Assembly: GCF_037042905.1 (NCBI RefSeq)
Contig: NC_087251.1
Coordinates: 28,150,001 to 28,214,000, forward strand
DNA length: 64,000 nucleotides
Source: Lytechinus pictus
Taxonomy: Eukaryota
Direction: 5' to 3'
Shown here: piece by piece, positions 1-46,757 of the stretch
How the letters are laid out: every line of letters starts with the position of its first letter
How positions within the stretch are numbered: position 1 is the first letter of the stretch
The notes under the pieces: model-generated
What the model saw: only the letters and a program-made list of their open reading frames with translations
The model's database searches: none
What the model was told of the DNA's origin: nothing
Position numbers and translations under genes: made by a program

Positions 1-647
1 CTACAGAAGTAGGAGCAGAGGTTCCACTAGGACCAGGCGCGGCAGTATCCATCTCATTTCCGTCATCTTCGTCATCATCCAGACCTTCATCCTCATCTTC
101 GTCACCTTCATCATCCACAGCTCTTCCTTTGCCACTCTTGGAGTCGTACAACAGCTCTATCTTCTTCACCCAGTATTCCTTCTGGAGAGCCATGATATCT
201 CTTTCTGTTTTCAAGTTCTGCATCTTTGTTTTATGCTCTGTGTTAAGGAGATTCATCCTCTTCTTGTGCTCAATAATATGAAGATTGAGGATTTCCTGTT
301 GGATCGCATCAGTAAGAGCGTTTCCTCCGGCTGCCATTTGATAATTAGAGGTTTGGTATACTTCCTCCTGCTGTTCTGCTTTGCGTTTCCGAGCCTTCTT
401 TTCCTGCTCCACTTTCTTTGCTTGGGCAGCTTGAGCTCTGGCTGATGTTCGGGTAGGTGTTTTGCCAGAGCTTCTCCCAGATGATGACCTGCGGCCGCGT
501 TTCCTGGGAGTCTTTCTTGCTGATGGTGCATAATCCTCATCCTTTTCATCATCTGGAAGTTCAGGTTCAGAATCGCTTCTCATTTCACCTTCAAAGCTAC
601 CTTCTTCGTCATAGTCACCAGGGTTGTCCTCCATGGCTAGAGTGTTG
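1..647 (-). CDS. Myb/SANT-like protein, coding exon 3 (runs off the window)
   Basis: Minus strand: ctcttccag|CAACACT, open to position 1; acidic tract, basic TPRKRGRR motif, coiled-coil-like IEHKKRMNLLNTEHKTKMQNLKTERDIMALQKEYWVKKIE, then a D/E-rich tail. Confidence 0.83.
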
Positions 648-981
648 CTGGAAGAGAGGAAAATGAATTTCAATTTATTTTTTTCCCACCACTTTAAGCA
701 ATTAAGCAAAACTTTTAAATGTAATAACCTCTTTATTTTGAATTTTCTGTGTTTTGTAATGACGATTTCATTTTTCTTAATTTATTGAAATAAAATTTTT
801 GTTGGGGTAGATTTCGATCTTCAGCATAGATGTAGAGTTTGCTTGTGAATTTATGGACTGATGAAATCTGTGCTTGACTTGCCACCTTGATGCACCCCTC
901 TCTGCTGGATGTATGTACAGAATTATGGAACCATTTGTGAATAGTCATCATCCTGTTAAATTATCAGATTGATGAACTTAC

Positions 982-1311
982 TCATACACTCCTTGCTGGT
1001 ATTCTTCATTGATTCTCCTAGCAGTCTCCTTGAGTTCCTGGCACAGTTCAGGCTGGTACCTGAACTCCGGATGATCCTCTGTCCAGTCATTTTCCTCATT
1101 GTCCTGGTCACCAAGCCCATCGTCCAGGTCAATGGACATCAGTCGACAGATCTTCCTGGAGAGGAGTGTCATGTTGTGACGTTTGCCTACCATCTTGGCT
1201 TCCATGTACTGTTTGTATTCCTTCCGAGCGGCCTGGACCAAGTTCTTCCACTGGGTGCGGCATTTCTCACCACCCTTCCCCCTCACAAGGTGCTCTTCAA
1301 GAGGACCAAAT
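982..1311 (-). CDS. Myb/SANT-like protein, coding exon 2
   Basis: Minus strand: cattcag|ATTTGG...TATGA|gtaagt, phase 2 to phase 2; completes the domain (RGKGGEKCRTQWKNLVQAARKE) and adds an acidic segment. Confidence 0.85.
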
Positions 1312-1340
1312 CTGAATGAGAAGAATGAACATTGTTGACA

Positions 1341-1641
1341 GTCCACTCATGGGGGGGGGGGTGGATGGGCATGAATTACCCTTTGAATTTCAAATTATAT
1401 AACGCAACCTATGAAAAAGGGTTCCCCCCTCCCATTGTGCATGAGTTGCTCTCGGATGGAAATGCCAAAGGCATTTTCTCTCTGTTTATGGAAATTGGCA
1501 AATTTCTAACTTCAAAGTTAATCCTATTTCTTTCAGGTAAAAAACTTGAAGAAAAAAAAATACAGTATTGAATAGAAAAAATGCTGTTGCCAATTTGAAG
1601 ACTAAAAGCTGATCAAATGTGACTTCAAATATTCCATTTGT
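1341..1641 (+). repeat. About 300-bp direct repeat, copy 1
   Basis: Aligns along its length with 4301-4636 (shared ttgtgcatgagttgctc, aaattggcaaatttct, cttcaaagttaatccta, cttcaaatattccatttgt). Confidence 0.85.
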
Positions 1642-2546
1642 TAACCCTTATTAAAAGGGGGGGGTCAATTTGACCCTCCCCCCCTTGACAAATTTTGTCA
1701 CTACATTACGCTGTCGCATGAAACTTTTTGACTGCTCCACTTGCTGACTTTTTACTTTCAAGTCTTGCGCATCTTTTGAGACCAAATTTGCGACGCCCAG
1801 GTATGCGGCACCGAAATCACGCAACAGTTTTTAAGTGCATGTCAGAGGCAAAAACATACACAAAAAAACAATCTAGGGCAAAATTTATACGCTTATTTGC
1901 ATAATTAATAAAAAATATAAACAATAAATTTTTTGAAAATTTTACTGTAGTCTTGCAGTTTACATCCGGCTCTACGCGCCGCATACATTCATAATTTCGA
2001 AGCTTCGTATTTCCGAAGTTTGTAATTCCAAAGGTTCGTTAATGCGAAAATTAAATAAGGTTTGTATTTCCGAAAATGAAATTAATTCATTTTGGTAACA
2101 AAACGGTGTTGTCATTACAAGATAACATGATATTATGCAATTAATAGTAATAACGATCGATGATACATGTGTGTGTTTTGGCCAGAGCATGTATTGCATT
2201 AATAGGTGCCCGGATCAAGCATAGGCTTAATTTCGATTTTATCTGAGCAATTGCTGCCTAAGCAAATGGTTTAAGGATGCCTGAGATTAAGTGTGTTGGT
2301 CGCATGCGAGCTACCTCCATATAATAGGATTTGTATGGGAGCGGATGTCATTTTTAATAAGAGGTTCTGCAGGTAATAAAAATAATACTAATGATGATCA
2401 TGATAATCCAAACGATGATCATAATAAAAATGGTAATAAAGAATATAAATGTTAATAAAATTTTATTGATCGTTACGCCTAGTGTTAACAATGTTAATAT
2501 TTTTTTCATGATTACAAAAAAATGCTCGGAATGTTACTTTTTATGT

Positions 2547-2860
2547 GGGGCGTTGTGGCCCAGTAGATTAGTCTTCTGACTATGAAACAGAGGGTCGTAC
2601 GTTCGAATCCCAGCCATGGCGTAATTTCCTTCAGCAAGAAATTTACCCACACTGTGCTGCACTCAACCCAGGTGAGGTGAATGGGAATGGGTACCCGGTA
2701 GGAACAAATTCATTAAATGCCTTCCTTTGGGCGCCTAGGTAGCCCAGCTAAAGCCGGGGTAATAATAATAGCAGGGCCCGCCGGGAGAACAGTTTTCTGA
2801 ACTGAAGTGGCTTCCCTGGGTAAATAATACCAATATTATTATCATCAATATTGTTATTAT
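2547..2860 (+). mobile_element. tRNA-derived SINE with CORE-like central domain
   Basis: A-box-like TGGCCCAGTAG and B-box GTTCGAATCC, then a CORE-like ctcaacccaggtg...aatgggtacc segment and an (ATT)n-rich tail. Confidence 0.8.
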
Positions 2861-3225
2861 GCCTTATTAGGCCTACATGAAATTTCCAAAAGTTTGAGCT
2901 TGTAATTCGCTCGCAACATCTCACAAGGATGCCCTTTTAAGAGTAATAAGGTCCATAATTGATCAAAGTTTTACAAGTTCAGATTTGAAAAAAAAAATTC
3001 AAACTGCTTGCTAGTGAAAAATAAAACCTAAATATATAGTTATCTTTTCAATCAGAAATCAATATTAAAAAAACTTTGCCCAACTTAATTACTACAAAAC
3101 ACACAACTTCTTTACACAGATGATAATCTCATGGTGAAAATATCCGTTTGCACCAAAATGCCCCTTTTGGCATATGAGTGCACCTTTTTTGGCTTTGCCC
3201 CCCCCCCAAAAAAAAAAAGGAAAAT

Positions 3226-3690
3226 ACGAACCTACGAAATAAAGAACCTTATTTCGTGTTCGGATTAACGAACCTTCGGAATAACGAATCTTATTTTGTT
3301 TTCGGATTAACAAACCTTCGGAACAACGAACCTTATTTCGTTTTCGGATTAACGAACCTTCGGAACAACGAACCTTATTTTGTTTTCGGATTAACGAACC
3401 TTATTTCGTTTTCAGATTATCGAACCTTCAGAACAACGAACCTTTCGTTTACGGATTAACGAACCTTCGGAACAACGAACCTTATTTCGTTTTTGGATTA
3501 ACGAACCTTTGGAACAACGAACCTTATTTCCTTTTCGGATTATCGATCCTTCGGAATAACGAACCTTCGGAATTATGCCACAAATGTTCAGATTAACAAA
3601 CCCTTTTTCGTTTTCGGATTAACAACATCGAGGTATAGGCAATAGGTGTTTCTGAATTACTAACCTTCGGAATAAAGAACCTTCGGAATT
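3226..3690 (+). repeat. About 42-bp tandem minisatellite (TTCGGATTAACGAACCTTCGGAACAACGAACCTTATTTCGTT)
   Basis: Directly visible array of near-identical units built from a shorter ACGAACCTTCGGA module; there are no unique spacers. Confidence 0.92.
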
Positions 3691-3814
3691 ACGTGTAACC
3701 CTACGCGCATGCAAATTTTCACGGCGATCACGCAATCAGTGGCCAATATATAAGGTCAAATTGACTCCGGCCCCCAGTATATACATGTACTGGTCTGAAA
3801 TAGCCCAGTGATTT

Positions 3815-4294
3815 GATCATAATTGGATAACAAATAAAGTTATTGAATTGTTAAAATTTGCATTATTCCGGTGAAACAGTTCTAGGCATGTCTTAGGTGG
3901 GCTGATGATGTCATATCCCCACTTGTTCTTTTGTATTTTATTATATTAAATTAGGTTTATTCAAAAATTTTCTACCAAGAACTTAATCAATCGGATTGAC
4001 AACTGATTAAGTGCATTAGTTATTTATTGCTGCAACTTATTTCATCATAATGGAGACACATCATTTACACATTTATGAAAAGATGAAACAATTATGATTT
4101 CATGTAATAACAAAAGAAAAAAGAAAGTGGGGATGTTACATCATCAGCCCACCTAATGAATATTCATGAAGATATGCCTATAACTATGTCACCGGAATAA
4201 TAGGCCCACAAATCTTTAAAATTGAATAACTTTGTTATTTTCAGTATTTGCTCTGTGGATTTTCACTTGGATTACTTCAGCCCAGATTAACCCT
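3815..4294. mobile_element. Truncated copy of the 8491-9021 TTAA-flanked MITE family
   Basis: Shares aatttgcattattccggtga, gtgggctgatgatgtca and the terminus cttcagcc...ccct|ttaa with 8491-9021; the interior is in the opposite orientation. Confidence 0.75.
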
Positions 4295-4300
4295 TTAATA

Positions 4301-4636
4301 GTCCTCTCATGGGCAGCAATTTTTTTTTCCTGGGGGGGGGGGGGGGGGGGGTGGATGGCGATGTGTCATTCTTCAAATTTCAAATTTATAAAACAACCTT
4401 TAGAAATGTTTTTCTTGCCCCCTCCAATTGTGCATGAGTTGCTCACAGATGGAAATGCCAAAGTCACTTTCTACCGTTTTTTTCAAATTGGCAAATTTCT
4501 TACTTCAAAGTTAATCCTATCTCTTTCAGGTAAAAAACTTGAAAAATAACAATTACAGCATTGAAAATAAAAAATGCTGTTACCAATTTAAAGATTAGAA
4601 GCTGATCAGATATATGGCTTCAAATATTCCATTTGT
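4301..4636 (+). repeat. About 300-bp direct repeat, copy 2
   Basis: Diverged copy of 1341-1641. Confidence 0.85.
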
Positions 4637-5025
4637 AAAATGGAATGAAATGAAAAGTAATAAATCAATAAAATCATTATCCAGTATTCTGAATTGAATG
4701 AAAGGAGGCAAAAAAGTGAATTAATCTATTTCTAGTATGTGTTTTAATGCCCTGGCCATGAGAAAGATTTTTTTTCTAATTTTCATAAGGCAAGCATTAA
4801 AGCATAAACATTTAAAAGTTGTGCATGAAATGGGTTAGAAAAGAGGTCTATTGTGCAATCCACATTCCGCAATGTTCTTTTAAAGCCAGTATAAGAGCTA
4901 CATGTACAGCTAGCTATGTTTGCCTTCTCATAATTTTTTTATTTTATTTTTTTTAATTTTTTTTTGGGGGGGCTGGTCTGCCTTCTTTAAAGGAGTCTAA
5001 AATAGAATAATTAATCATATCTTAC

Positions 5026-5213
5026 TCTTTGGCTATTGCCTGATAAATCTGTTCCCAGACCCTTCTCTTAGCATTGATAGAGGCTGTTTCTTTCCTTGGG
5101 TCGGTGATAATATCAAAACGATTCTTCACATGCTCGAAGAGGAAGAATTTCTCAGCAGTGTTCCAGTTCCTCGACCTTGGCCGACGTGATCCATACTCGT
5201 CGTCTTCCATCAT
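5026..5213 (-). CDS. Myb/SANT-like DNA-binding protein (MSANTD / Harbinger ORF2-like), coding exon 1
   Basis: Minus strand: tttgtag|aaaATG...AAAGA|gtaag; MMEDDEYGSRRPRSRNWNTAEKFFLFEHVKNRFDIITDPRKETASINAKRRVWEQIYQAI. This fits the R-x-x-N-W-x-x-x-E ... K-x-x-x-W-x-x-I pattern of the Myb_DNA-bind_5/trihelix-like family. Confidence 0.85.
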
Positions 5214-5410
5214 TTTCTACAAAGGCAAATGTGGAATAATTGATATATTAGCAATATATAAAAATATATAAATAGTCTAACAGGATTCTCGAAGAGACAT
5301 TTGAAGAAAAAAACTGCAAAATACATGTCACCAATCAGCATAGGATAGATTACTCATAGCAGAATTCTTGAATACTTCTCATGTTATAAATGTCATAAAA
5401 GATTAATTAA

Positions 5411-6014
5411 AGGTCAAGTCCACCCCAGAAAACGGTTGATTTGAATTAATAGAGAAAAATCTAACTAGCATAACGCTCAAAATTTCATCAAAATCGGATG
5501 TAAAATAAGAAAGTTATGAACATTTTAAAGTTTTGCTTATTTTTCACAAAAAAGTGACATGTACAACTCAGTGAAATGCAAATGAAACGGTCGATGATGT
5601 CCATCACTCACTATTTCTTTTGTTTTTTATTGTTTGAATTATACAATATTTCAATTTTTACAGATTTGACAATAAGGACCAACTTGACTGAACCATATTG
5701 TATTAAACAATGTTAGTTCCACATGTTCAGGGAGGAATTAATCGTTGTTTCACTTGACAATGAGGAGAAAATTCGAATATTTCATATTTCATATAATAAA
5801 ATACAAAAGAAATAGTGAGTGGATGATGTCATCAGTCTTCTCATTTGCATACCGAACAGGATGTGCATATAACTGTTATGTGAAATTAAGCGAAACTTTA
5901 AAATTTCATAACTTTCTTATTTTACATCCGATTTTGATGAAATTTTCGGTGTTATGCTTGTTAGATTTTTCTATATTTATTCAAATCAACTTTTTTTTGG
6001 GGTGGAATTTTCCT
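5411..6014. mobile_element. Kolobok-like MITE (TTAA TSD, AG...CT termini)
   Basis: ttaa|aggtcaagtccacccc ... ggggtggaattttcct|ttaa with long imperfect TIRs (aatttcatcaaaatcggatgtaaaataagaaagttatga); a second copy lies at 18903-19497. Confidence 0.85.
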
Positions 6015-8490
6015 TTAATGAATCTATAGTCTAGACCAACCTGTATGGTACAGAAATAATTAGGAAATTAAAAGAAGTTAATTCAACTTCCACAACTTGG
6101 AGTAATCCAAGAAAGAAGTAAACTATTCACTATTATAATTATTATTAATTATCCAACTATTACCTATTTAATGTAACTTTTTTGGGGGTCATTAACAGTG
6201 CTAAATATAAACGGGGATAAATTGAGAAAAAAGGAAAAAGTGAATACATGATAGAGAAAGAGATATACATGAAGATAAAACAACCTTAAGAAAAACGAGT
6301 GTACGCACTGATTATATACTCAAGGCACAGAATGATAATGATTATGTATCAGGTATTGTATAATCTCCCCCCCCCCCCTTAATTGACTTCTAAAGAATTA
6401 TTGTTGTTCATTCTATTTTGTTTTGTTTGTAGGCCAGATGGAGGCTAGCACAATTAAAACTAAACATTGAAAGATAGACATCTTTACCATTCTGTGTCTT
6501 TCAACTAAATATAAATGTATTTATTTATATTTGCATGAATATATATATATTTATATTAACAAAATATAAAAGAAAACTATATAGAGAGAAAGATCGATAG
6601 ATAGAAGGGCCGGGGCAGGTTGTTGATACTGGGTCTGATCTGATAGAAATTGAGTGAAAATGGAAAAATGGGATACATGGGGGAAGGGGGGAGGTAGTTC
6701 AACCTAGGTAGACAAGACAAGTGAGGTTGAGCATGGAGGGAGGGGCGCTTGCATGGTGAGACTCGAAATCAAGAAGGTAAATAAGAGAGAATAAGCCATA
6801 TCCATAAATAAGGATTGGCCTGATTGAAGAGAATTAATAACACTCATATCATTATCAATGTGAGAGCAAGACACCTAACACACTTTGGTTTTACACATAT
6901 ACAATTATATTATTAGAATTAGGCCAACAATTTTAACAATATGTATCCCTGGATTTGTCCATTGACTGTCAAGCCTATATATGCACACTCCAGTCAATAC
7001 CCATGCTCTATTGTACAGCTACCCATTGACTACACACATTTCTAGCATTCATCATACACAAACCTGTGCCAAAATGTCAAGTAAAATCACATGTAGGTTA
7101 CATTACAGAGCTCATATTCTCAAGATATGACTGATTTAAAACCATCCCATAAGAATAGGAGGCTGATCATGAATAACTACATGATCTATGGTTGTAAATC
7201 TTAACAGACATAAAGATAAATCTGATTTAATTATAATCAGAGGAATAAATTTAGTCCAGGAACAAAACTGACTTACCAAGCTGTATCCCTTCCACTGGCA
7301 GCTAACTTGCTATTGTGTAGAAAAATGCTATTGGTTTTGTGCATGTTCGCACTGCTGTGTGGACCATGGCAGCCTGTGTTCCCATGTAAACTTCCATTCA
7401 CCTGTTCCAGCATACACTCGCTGTGGTGTGTGTATGGAGTGTGTATGTAGTGTTCAGTGCAGATTGTGTGTGTGTGTAGCTTGCCCTGGCTGTATGCAAA
7501 TGAGGTCCAGTTCAGAGGGATTGAATGTTTGGGGAGGGGTAATAAGATTAGATGAGACAGGATGGGGGTAGGAATCATAAATAGGACTGAGACAAAGGAG
7601 GAACAAAATGATTAGGGATTAGGGATTAGGGATTATGAGTTAGGTGTGACTGTTCATGTGAATTGCCAGTACTACTGTCTGTACTATTTACCTTGGTGCT
7701 GGGTCAATTTTTTTTAACAGGGCAATGCCCAATTCCCATTTATTTTTGTAATCCTAACTGATTAATAATACCAGCAGGCCGGGTTTGGCATAGCATTGTT
7801 TTAAAGAAAATATACACAATCAATCTCTCATAAAATTGCAACAATTGCAAAGGGAGTTGAAATTGAAATTGAAAAACAGTATAGGCATATATCCCCGATT
7901 CATTTTTTTGTTTTAAAATCCCTCATTTCAATATTGGACACTCTTTTCATATTCTTATTTTTTTGTCCAATATGTTTAGTATGTATACAACAACCTCTCT
8001 TGTTGGAATTGTTTTGTATTCTTTTAACACTTTTCACAACTGAAAAAAAAAATGTACTGGATGGAGTTGGTTGCTCTCTCTATAGTGGCATGGTTCGACA
8101 AATGGATAAAAAAGGAGATTGCTTCAAGACAGTGTACAAATATTATTATTGAATACAATGAAATATGTTAATAATATTCAGGATATTCTCATTCCTATTC
8201 ATTCATTGCTCATTCTCTCAATCAAGTTGTATTGTGAAAATTAAAGTATTAAAAATGATTTAACGAGATCCAATTTTAATTTCTTCTCTTGATTTTCCAA
8301 AATACATCAACCTTATATGTATAATGAGGAATTGAAAATCCTGAAGGAGGTAACGCTAGTCTACAGTCGAAGACCCAATTAACATGTTAATATATTAAGT
8401 GGTACGTCTTTACAGAAATTAGCACAACTTTCTTGATTGTCAAGTTACAGTACACTCACCTCTGATAGTCTGTCAATTCACTACCTTTAA

Positions 8491-9021
8491 AGGGATACTC
8501 CGGGCTGAAAATATATATATCTAAATAAATACATTAAAATTCACAGAGCAAAATGCTGATAATATCAAAATCAAATAACAAAGTTATTTAATTTTAAAAA
8601 TTTGCATTATTCCGGTGACACAGTTCTAGGTATGTCTTCATGAATATTGATTAGGTGGGCTGTTGATGTCACATCCCCACTTTCCTTTTTCTTATGTTAT
8701 TACATGAAATCATCATAATTGTTTTATTTTTTCATAAATGTGTAAATGATGTGCTCTCCATTATGATGAAGTAATTTGCAGCAAGAAATAACCAATGCAA
8801 GTAATCAGTTGTCAATCCGATTGTTTTAATTCTTTTGAATAAACCTAATTTCATATAATGAAATACAAAAGAACAAGTGGTGATATGACACCGGAATAAT
8901 GCATATCTTTAAAATTCAATAACTTTGTTATTTGTTATCCGATTTTGATCAAATCTTCAGCAATTTGCTCTATGAATTTGACTCTATTTATTGAGATATA
9001 TCTTCAGCCTGGATCATCCCT
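8491..9021. mobile_element. Kolobok-like MITE (TTAA TSD)
   Basis: ttaa|agggatactccgggctgaa ... ttcagcctggatcatccct|ttaa with long imperfect TIRs. Confidence 0.82.
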
Positions 9022-9147
9022 TTAAACTATGAACTAAAAAATCATTGCATCTTCATTAATTTGCACTCTTCATCTTCATAAACTTTGTTAATTCTTTTTC
9101 AATCTTTCTCCAAAATCATTATATTTTCCGTCTTTGTATATTTGCAG

Positions 9148-43364
<34,217 letters not shown>

Positions 43365-44391
43365 CATCTGTAAACAAGCATTCTATTATTTTTACTGCCT
43401 TTTATTGCAAGTCTCTGATGATAAGAATATTGATTGTTGTACTGTAAAGTGCATATGTCAACCACAAAAGGTGCTAATTACATTTCAATAACCCTGGTGG
43501 GGTGTGGGCCAGCCGGTTCTAGTGCTTTGTTACAGCATGAAAGGGATCCCTTTCTGCTGGTGCCCATTTATGCCCTGGATGGAGAGTGGCAAATGTATAA
43601 TGGACAATGGCCTATGTTCATTGGCATTGCCTTTGGATTCAAATGTTGACCCAGAGTTCACACTCCATGACAAACTTAATCTACAATTTTATTTGTGGGG
43701 GGTGGAGGGATTCAAAAATTCATCCTTTAAGTTAAGCATGACTTTTAGAATAATTGAATCATGCTGTGACAAAAGTGTGAGCTGAAACATGTACTTGACT
43801 TAATTACAAATTATTTAATTTGAAATTTTGTAAGACCTTAATTTGAATTTTATATGCTTATTAACAGTAATAATATATTTCAACAGTTGTAGGCCTGTAT
43901 TTCAATTGTTATTGAATGTATTGAGCAAACATTTTGGCTTGACATCTTTTACTTAATTACTTTATAGACAGCTTTATGATGCAACTTAATTCCCTGATGT
44001 TGCAGAAATAATGTAAATAAGGAAATGTAGATATGATAATCACTATTGAATATGGAAAAAGAGAATATATATATATATTTATGTTTAATGCTCTAAAAAT
44101 TGATCAAGTATTATAGTTGATTGGCCATTACATGCTGCATATGTAAATTATTCCTACTTAAAACAATGGTGATTCATGCAAATGTGCAAATTTAATGAAT
44201 GAAATGATGCAAAAATTTTTTTTAAATAAATTGAAATATATATTGCAATATTTGTGAAATTATTATTCATAGATGATAATGTACTCTTTTTATACTTGAA
44301 TTTTTAATAATGGTATTTGTGTATCTTGTAATATGCAATAACAGGTTGCAAGTCTTATTTATGATGGATTATTTGATGTACGGTATGTTAG

Positions 44392-44912
44392 TTTTTGTCT
44401 AGCCTACGTCGCAGAACAAGACAATGGGTCAGACCGTCTGATGCATAAAAAGTAACAATTGCTAATGAGCAATTGTTTGAGCATAACCTATTGCTAGCCA
44501 AGCAAAAGATCGATTGCTATATTTTGTATTATTCAAATTATTCCTCTAACTTGTTTCTACTGAATCAAGTTATATAGTTGGCATTCAGTTTGCACTAAAT
44601 AGTTTAAAGGTCATTTCAGATCAATTGACTTGGATAGAAAATGATATTTTGTACATCATTCCAAAAATACTTGATGAAATTAAGTGAATCTTGTATAATA
44701 GATATCACAAATGATAAGACATGAATGATGAATAACAAGGCAAGGTCAAAGATTATTTGAGGTCAACAAACTTAAGATTGTTTTAATCAAATGAATGTTT
44801 GGTGTTATATTTTTGAGATAAATTATTCATCTTAGTTGTTTTAAAAGTTAGCACTGCTGCTATATTGAATTGCATAATGCAGGCGAAAACTACCAGAGGC
44901 ATTCCACTTCTT
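44392..44912 (+). mobile_element. Degenerate copy of the Helentron-associated element in the probable ALK 3' UTR
   Basis: tttttgtctagcct... start and agcactgctgctatattgaat...gcaggcga...ccagaggcattccactt end match 39481-40368. Confidence 0.65.
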
Positions 44913-45670
44913 TGATGTAGGCCTACCAAGATATTAGATTAAGAGAGGTATACTGACAAATCTCATGGGAGACATTCATGGGATTCAATGCAATTTGATA
45001 AAATCAAACAGGCGATAATTCTGAAAATATTCATGTTGTTTAGTCTTTCAATAATCTCTTTCAAATACTGTCAAGTTTTAATATTGAAAGCTGGTGTACC
45101 AATATCAAATTTTTTATTTTCATCTTTCATATTTGTGTTTTTGTGCCTTTGTATAATTTCATTAACATATGCTTTATTATGTATATATTGATGTGAGTGA
45201 GAAAAGCATAGCACCCAGGGAAGCACTCTTCTTCATGGACTGATGGTGGGAACAATTAGTCTGAATACCTACGCTTTCCACTTAAAGAAGGTTGTTTAAT
45301 ATAGGTGTTTTCAATTGTTGATTAATGTCCCATATGGATGCTTTCTTCAATTTTCTTAATCACAAACATGAACCATCAGTGGAAATACATACTTATCAGT
45401 GGAAATACATACTTTTGATGTTTTAATGTCTGCTTTGATACACGATTCTCCTTTTATTTTTTTTGATTGCTTGAATATAACCATGATCAATAAATGAATG
45501 TATTTGAAAACCCTGTTTTTACAATGAAAAAGTATTGATTGAATGCCCTTATAGATCCAAGTTGAAATCATGGGTAACTTATTAAAGATTTCAGGTACTG
45601 CTGGTTGACTGGTGCAGATTTTATTGCCCTTAGTAGAAAAATCATTCAATTTGATACAATTCTATTTAAG

Positions 45671-45676
45671 AATAAA
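45671..45676 (+). terminator. Candidate ALK polyadenylation signal
   Basis: AATAAA at the end of the AU-rich stretch downstream of the stop, just before (GAT)n low-complexity DNA. Other AATAAA hexamers occur near 44225 and 45489, so the site is not resolved. Confidence 0.3.
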
Positions 45677-45756
45677 GATGTAAACTCTCAAAATATAAAT
45701 GATGGTCTCAAGCCTTTTGGTTAAGTACTGGCTGACAATATTGGATGACATTGGGA

Positions 45757-45782
45757 TAATGAAGAAGATGATGATGTGATGA

Positions 45783-45813
<31 letters not shown>

Positions 45814-45980
45814 AGTAGTAGTAGTGATGATGATGGTTAGGATGATGATGATGATAGTGAAGATATTGATTGTTAAGCTGATCATAGTGAAAATGGTGGT
45901 TAGGATGATGATGATAGTGAGGATGGTCACAGTGAAGATGATGACAGTTAGGTTGATAGTGACAATGGTATAGGATGATG
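45757..45980 (+). repeat. (GAT/GGT/AGT)n low-complexity tract
   Basis: Directly visible; similar degenerate tracts lie at 9415-9570 and 48660-49345. Confidence 0.9.
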
Positions 45981-46114
45981 TACTCTTAGCAAAGGAGAAG
46001 AGTGTATGGTGGTTTCACGGTGCTGGTCCTTATTAATGTAACCTTACGCAATGTTAAACTTCAATATGCTCAGAATTAATACAGCTGCCAGGGTTTTAAC
46101 TGGAACGTCAAAAT

Positions 46115-46614
46115 CCCAGGAGGGGGACAGGATACTTGAATTATAAAATGATACCTATGTGCCGCACCAAAAACAAAAATCAGGGGCTCTGGAACTAAAA
46201 TTTGGCCTTAAAATGGGGGTCTCCAGAACTGCTCAAGAATCAACGATTGCTAAAAATGCAATGCTCTGGAACGGCATAATTTCTATGTTTCGGACTGTTG
46301 CATGAATATGCATGAAATTGGTCATAATGTTTCTTCGCAATGAACAAATCAGCAGCCTCCGAATTGCTCTGCAGAGCTTGCTCTCGTTGAATGCAGTTTA
46401 CCACTGTGCTGCGCTAGCTGAGTATGAGCGGGCATTACCCCTGAAACCACAAATTTGAGGGTCTCGGAAAGGGGAAAAATAGGAATTTCTATGGCTTTCT
46501 AAATTGGTGATGCTCTGGAACAGAAATTTAGGCTGAAAATGGGGAAATGGGGGTCTTGAAAGCGGTACATACGTATCCTACATTTATACTAAGTGAACCC
46601 CCCCCCCCCCCAGA
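46115..46614. mobile_element. Non-autonomous DNA element with G/C-run termini inserted in the L2 fragment
   Basis: tcaaaat on both flanks; inverted atacctatgtgccgc / gcggtacatacgtat; repeated ctctggaac motifs. A related end fragment lies at 38110-38222. Confidence 0.65.
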
Positions 46615-46757
46615 TCAAAATATCAACACATTTCTCAAATTCTCAAAAACTTACATTAGTTGCCAATCTGGAAGCATATAGAATTTATAATAGGGGGGGT
46701 CTACTTCTTCTCACTTGGAAAGTTTTAAATGGTTCGGCACCAAAATATTTACAAGAC

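Larger units (their letters stand above)
1980..3700. mobile_element. Foldback-type DNA element with modular inverted arms and 8-bp TSD CTACGCGC
   Basis: CTACGCGC at 1972-1979 and 3701-3708. Left arm carries ttccgaag(g)ttcg modules (1985-2075); right arm carries the inverted cgaaccttcggaa modules (3226-3690). Confidence 0.75.
1645..3810. mobile_element. piggyBac-like non-autonomous element, right end truncated, hosting nested insertions
   Basis: TTAA|CCCT start; subterminal ggggtcaatttgaccc (about 1660) mirrored by ggtcaaattgact (3754); the right terminus is replaced by another element. Confidence 0.55.

Noticed and set aside
808..830. CUGAAGA-UC-GAAA on the minus strand as a hammerhead core
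   Set aside because: There is no room for stem II and no flanking stem I or III pairing.
733..952. Extra exon of the Myb/SANT gene (ORF 733-951, minus strand, with an AG at about 953)
   Set aside because: It would need a 29-nt intron, and exons 2 and 3 already join in frame without it.
2547..2620. Possible functional tRNA gene
   Set aside because: A and B boxes are present, but it continues into a CORE-like body and AT-rich tail, so it is a SINE head.
3178..3690. Regular repeat array and repetitive ORF resembling a CRISPR array or repeat protein
   Set aside because: The units are contiguous with no unique spacers, the context is eukaryotic with no cas genes, and the array is the arm of a foldback element.
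7611..7635. (ATTAGGG)3 as an interstitial telomere
   Set aside because: Only three copies of a 7-mer, not (TTAGGG)n; too short to support the call.
7934..8152. Hydrophobic ORF as the ALK signal-peptide exon
   Set aside because: It starts at TTG rather than ATG, the hydrophobicity reflects T-rich DNA, and I found no convincing phase-1 donor.
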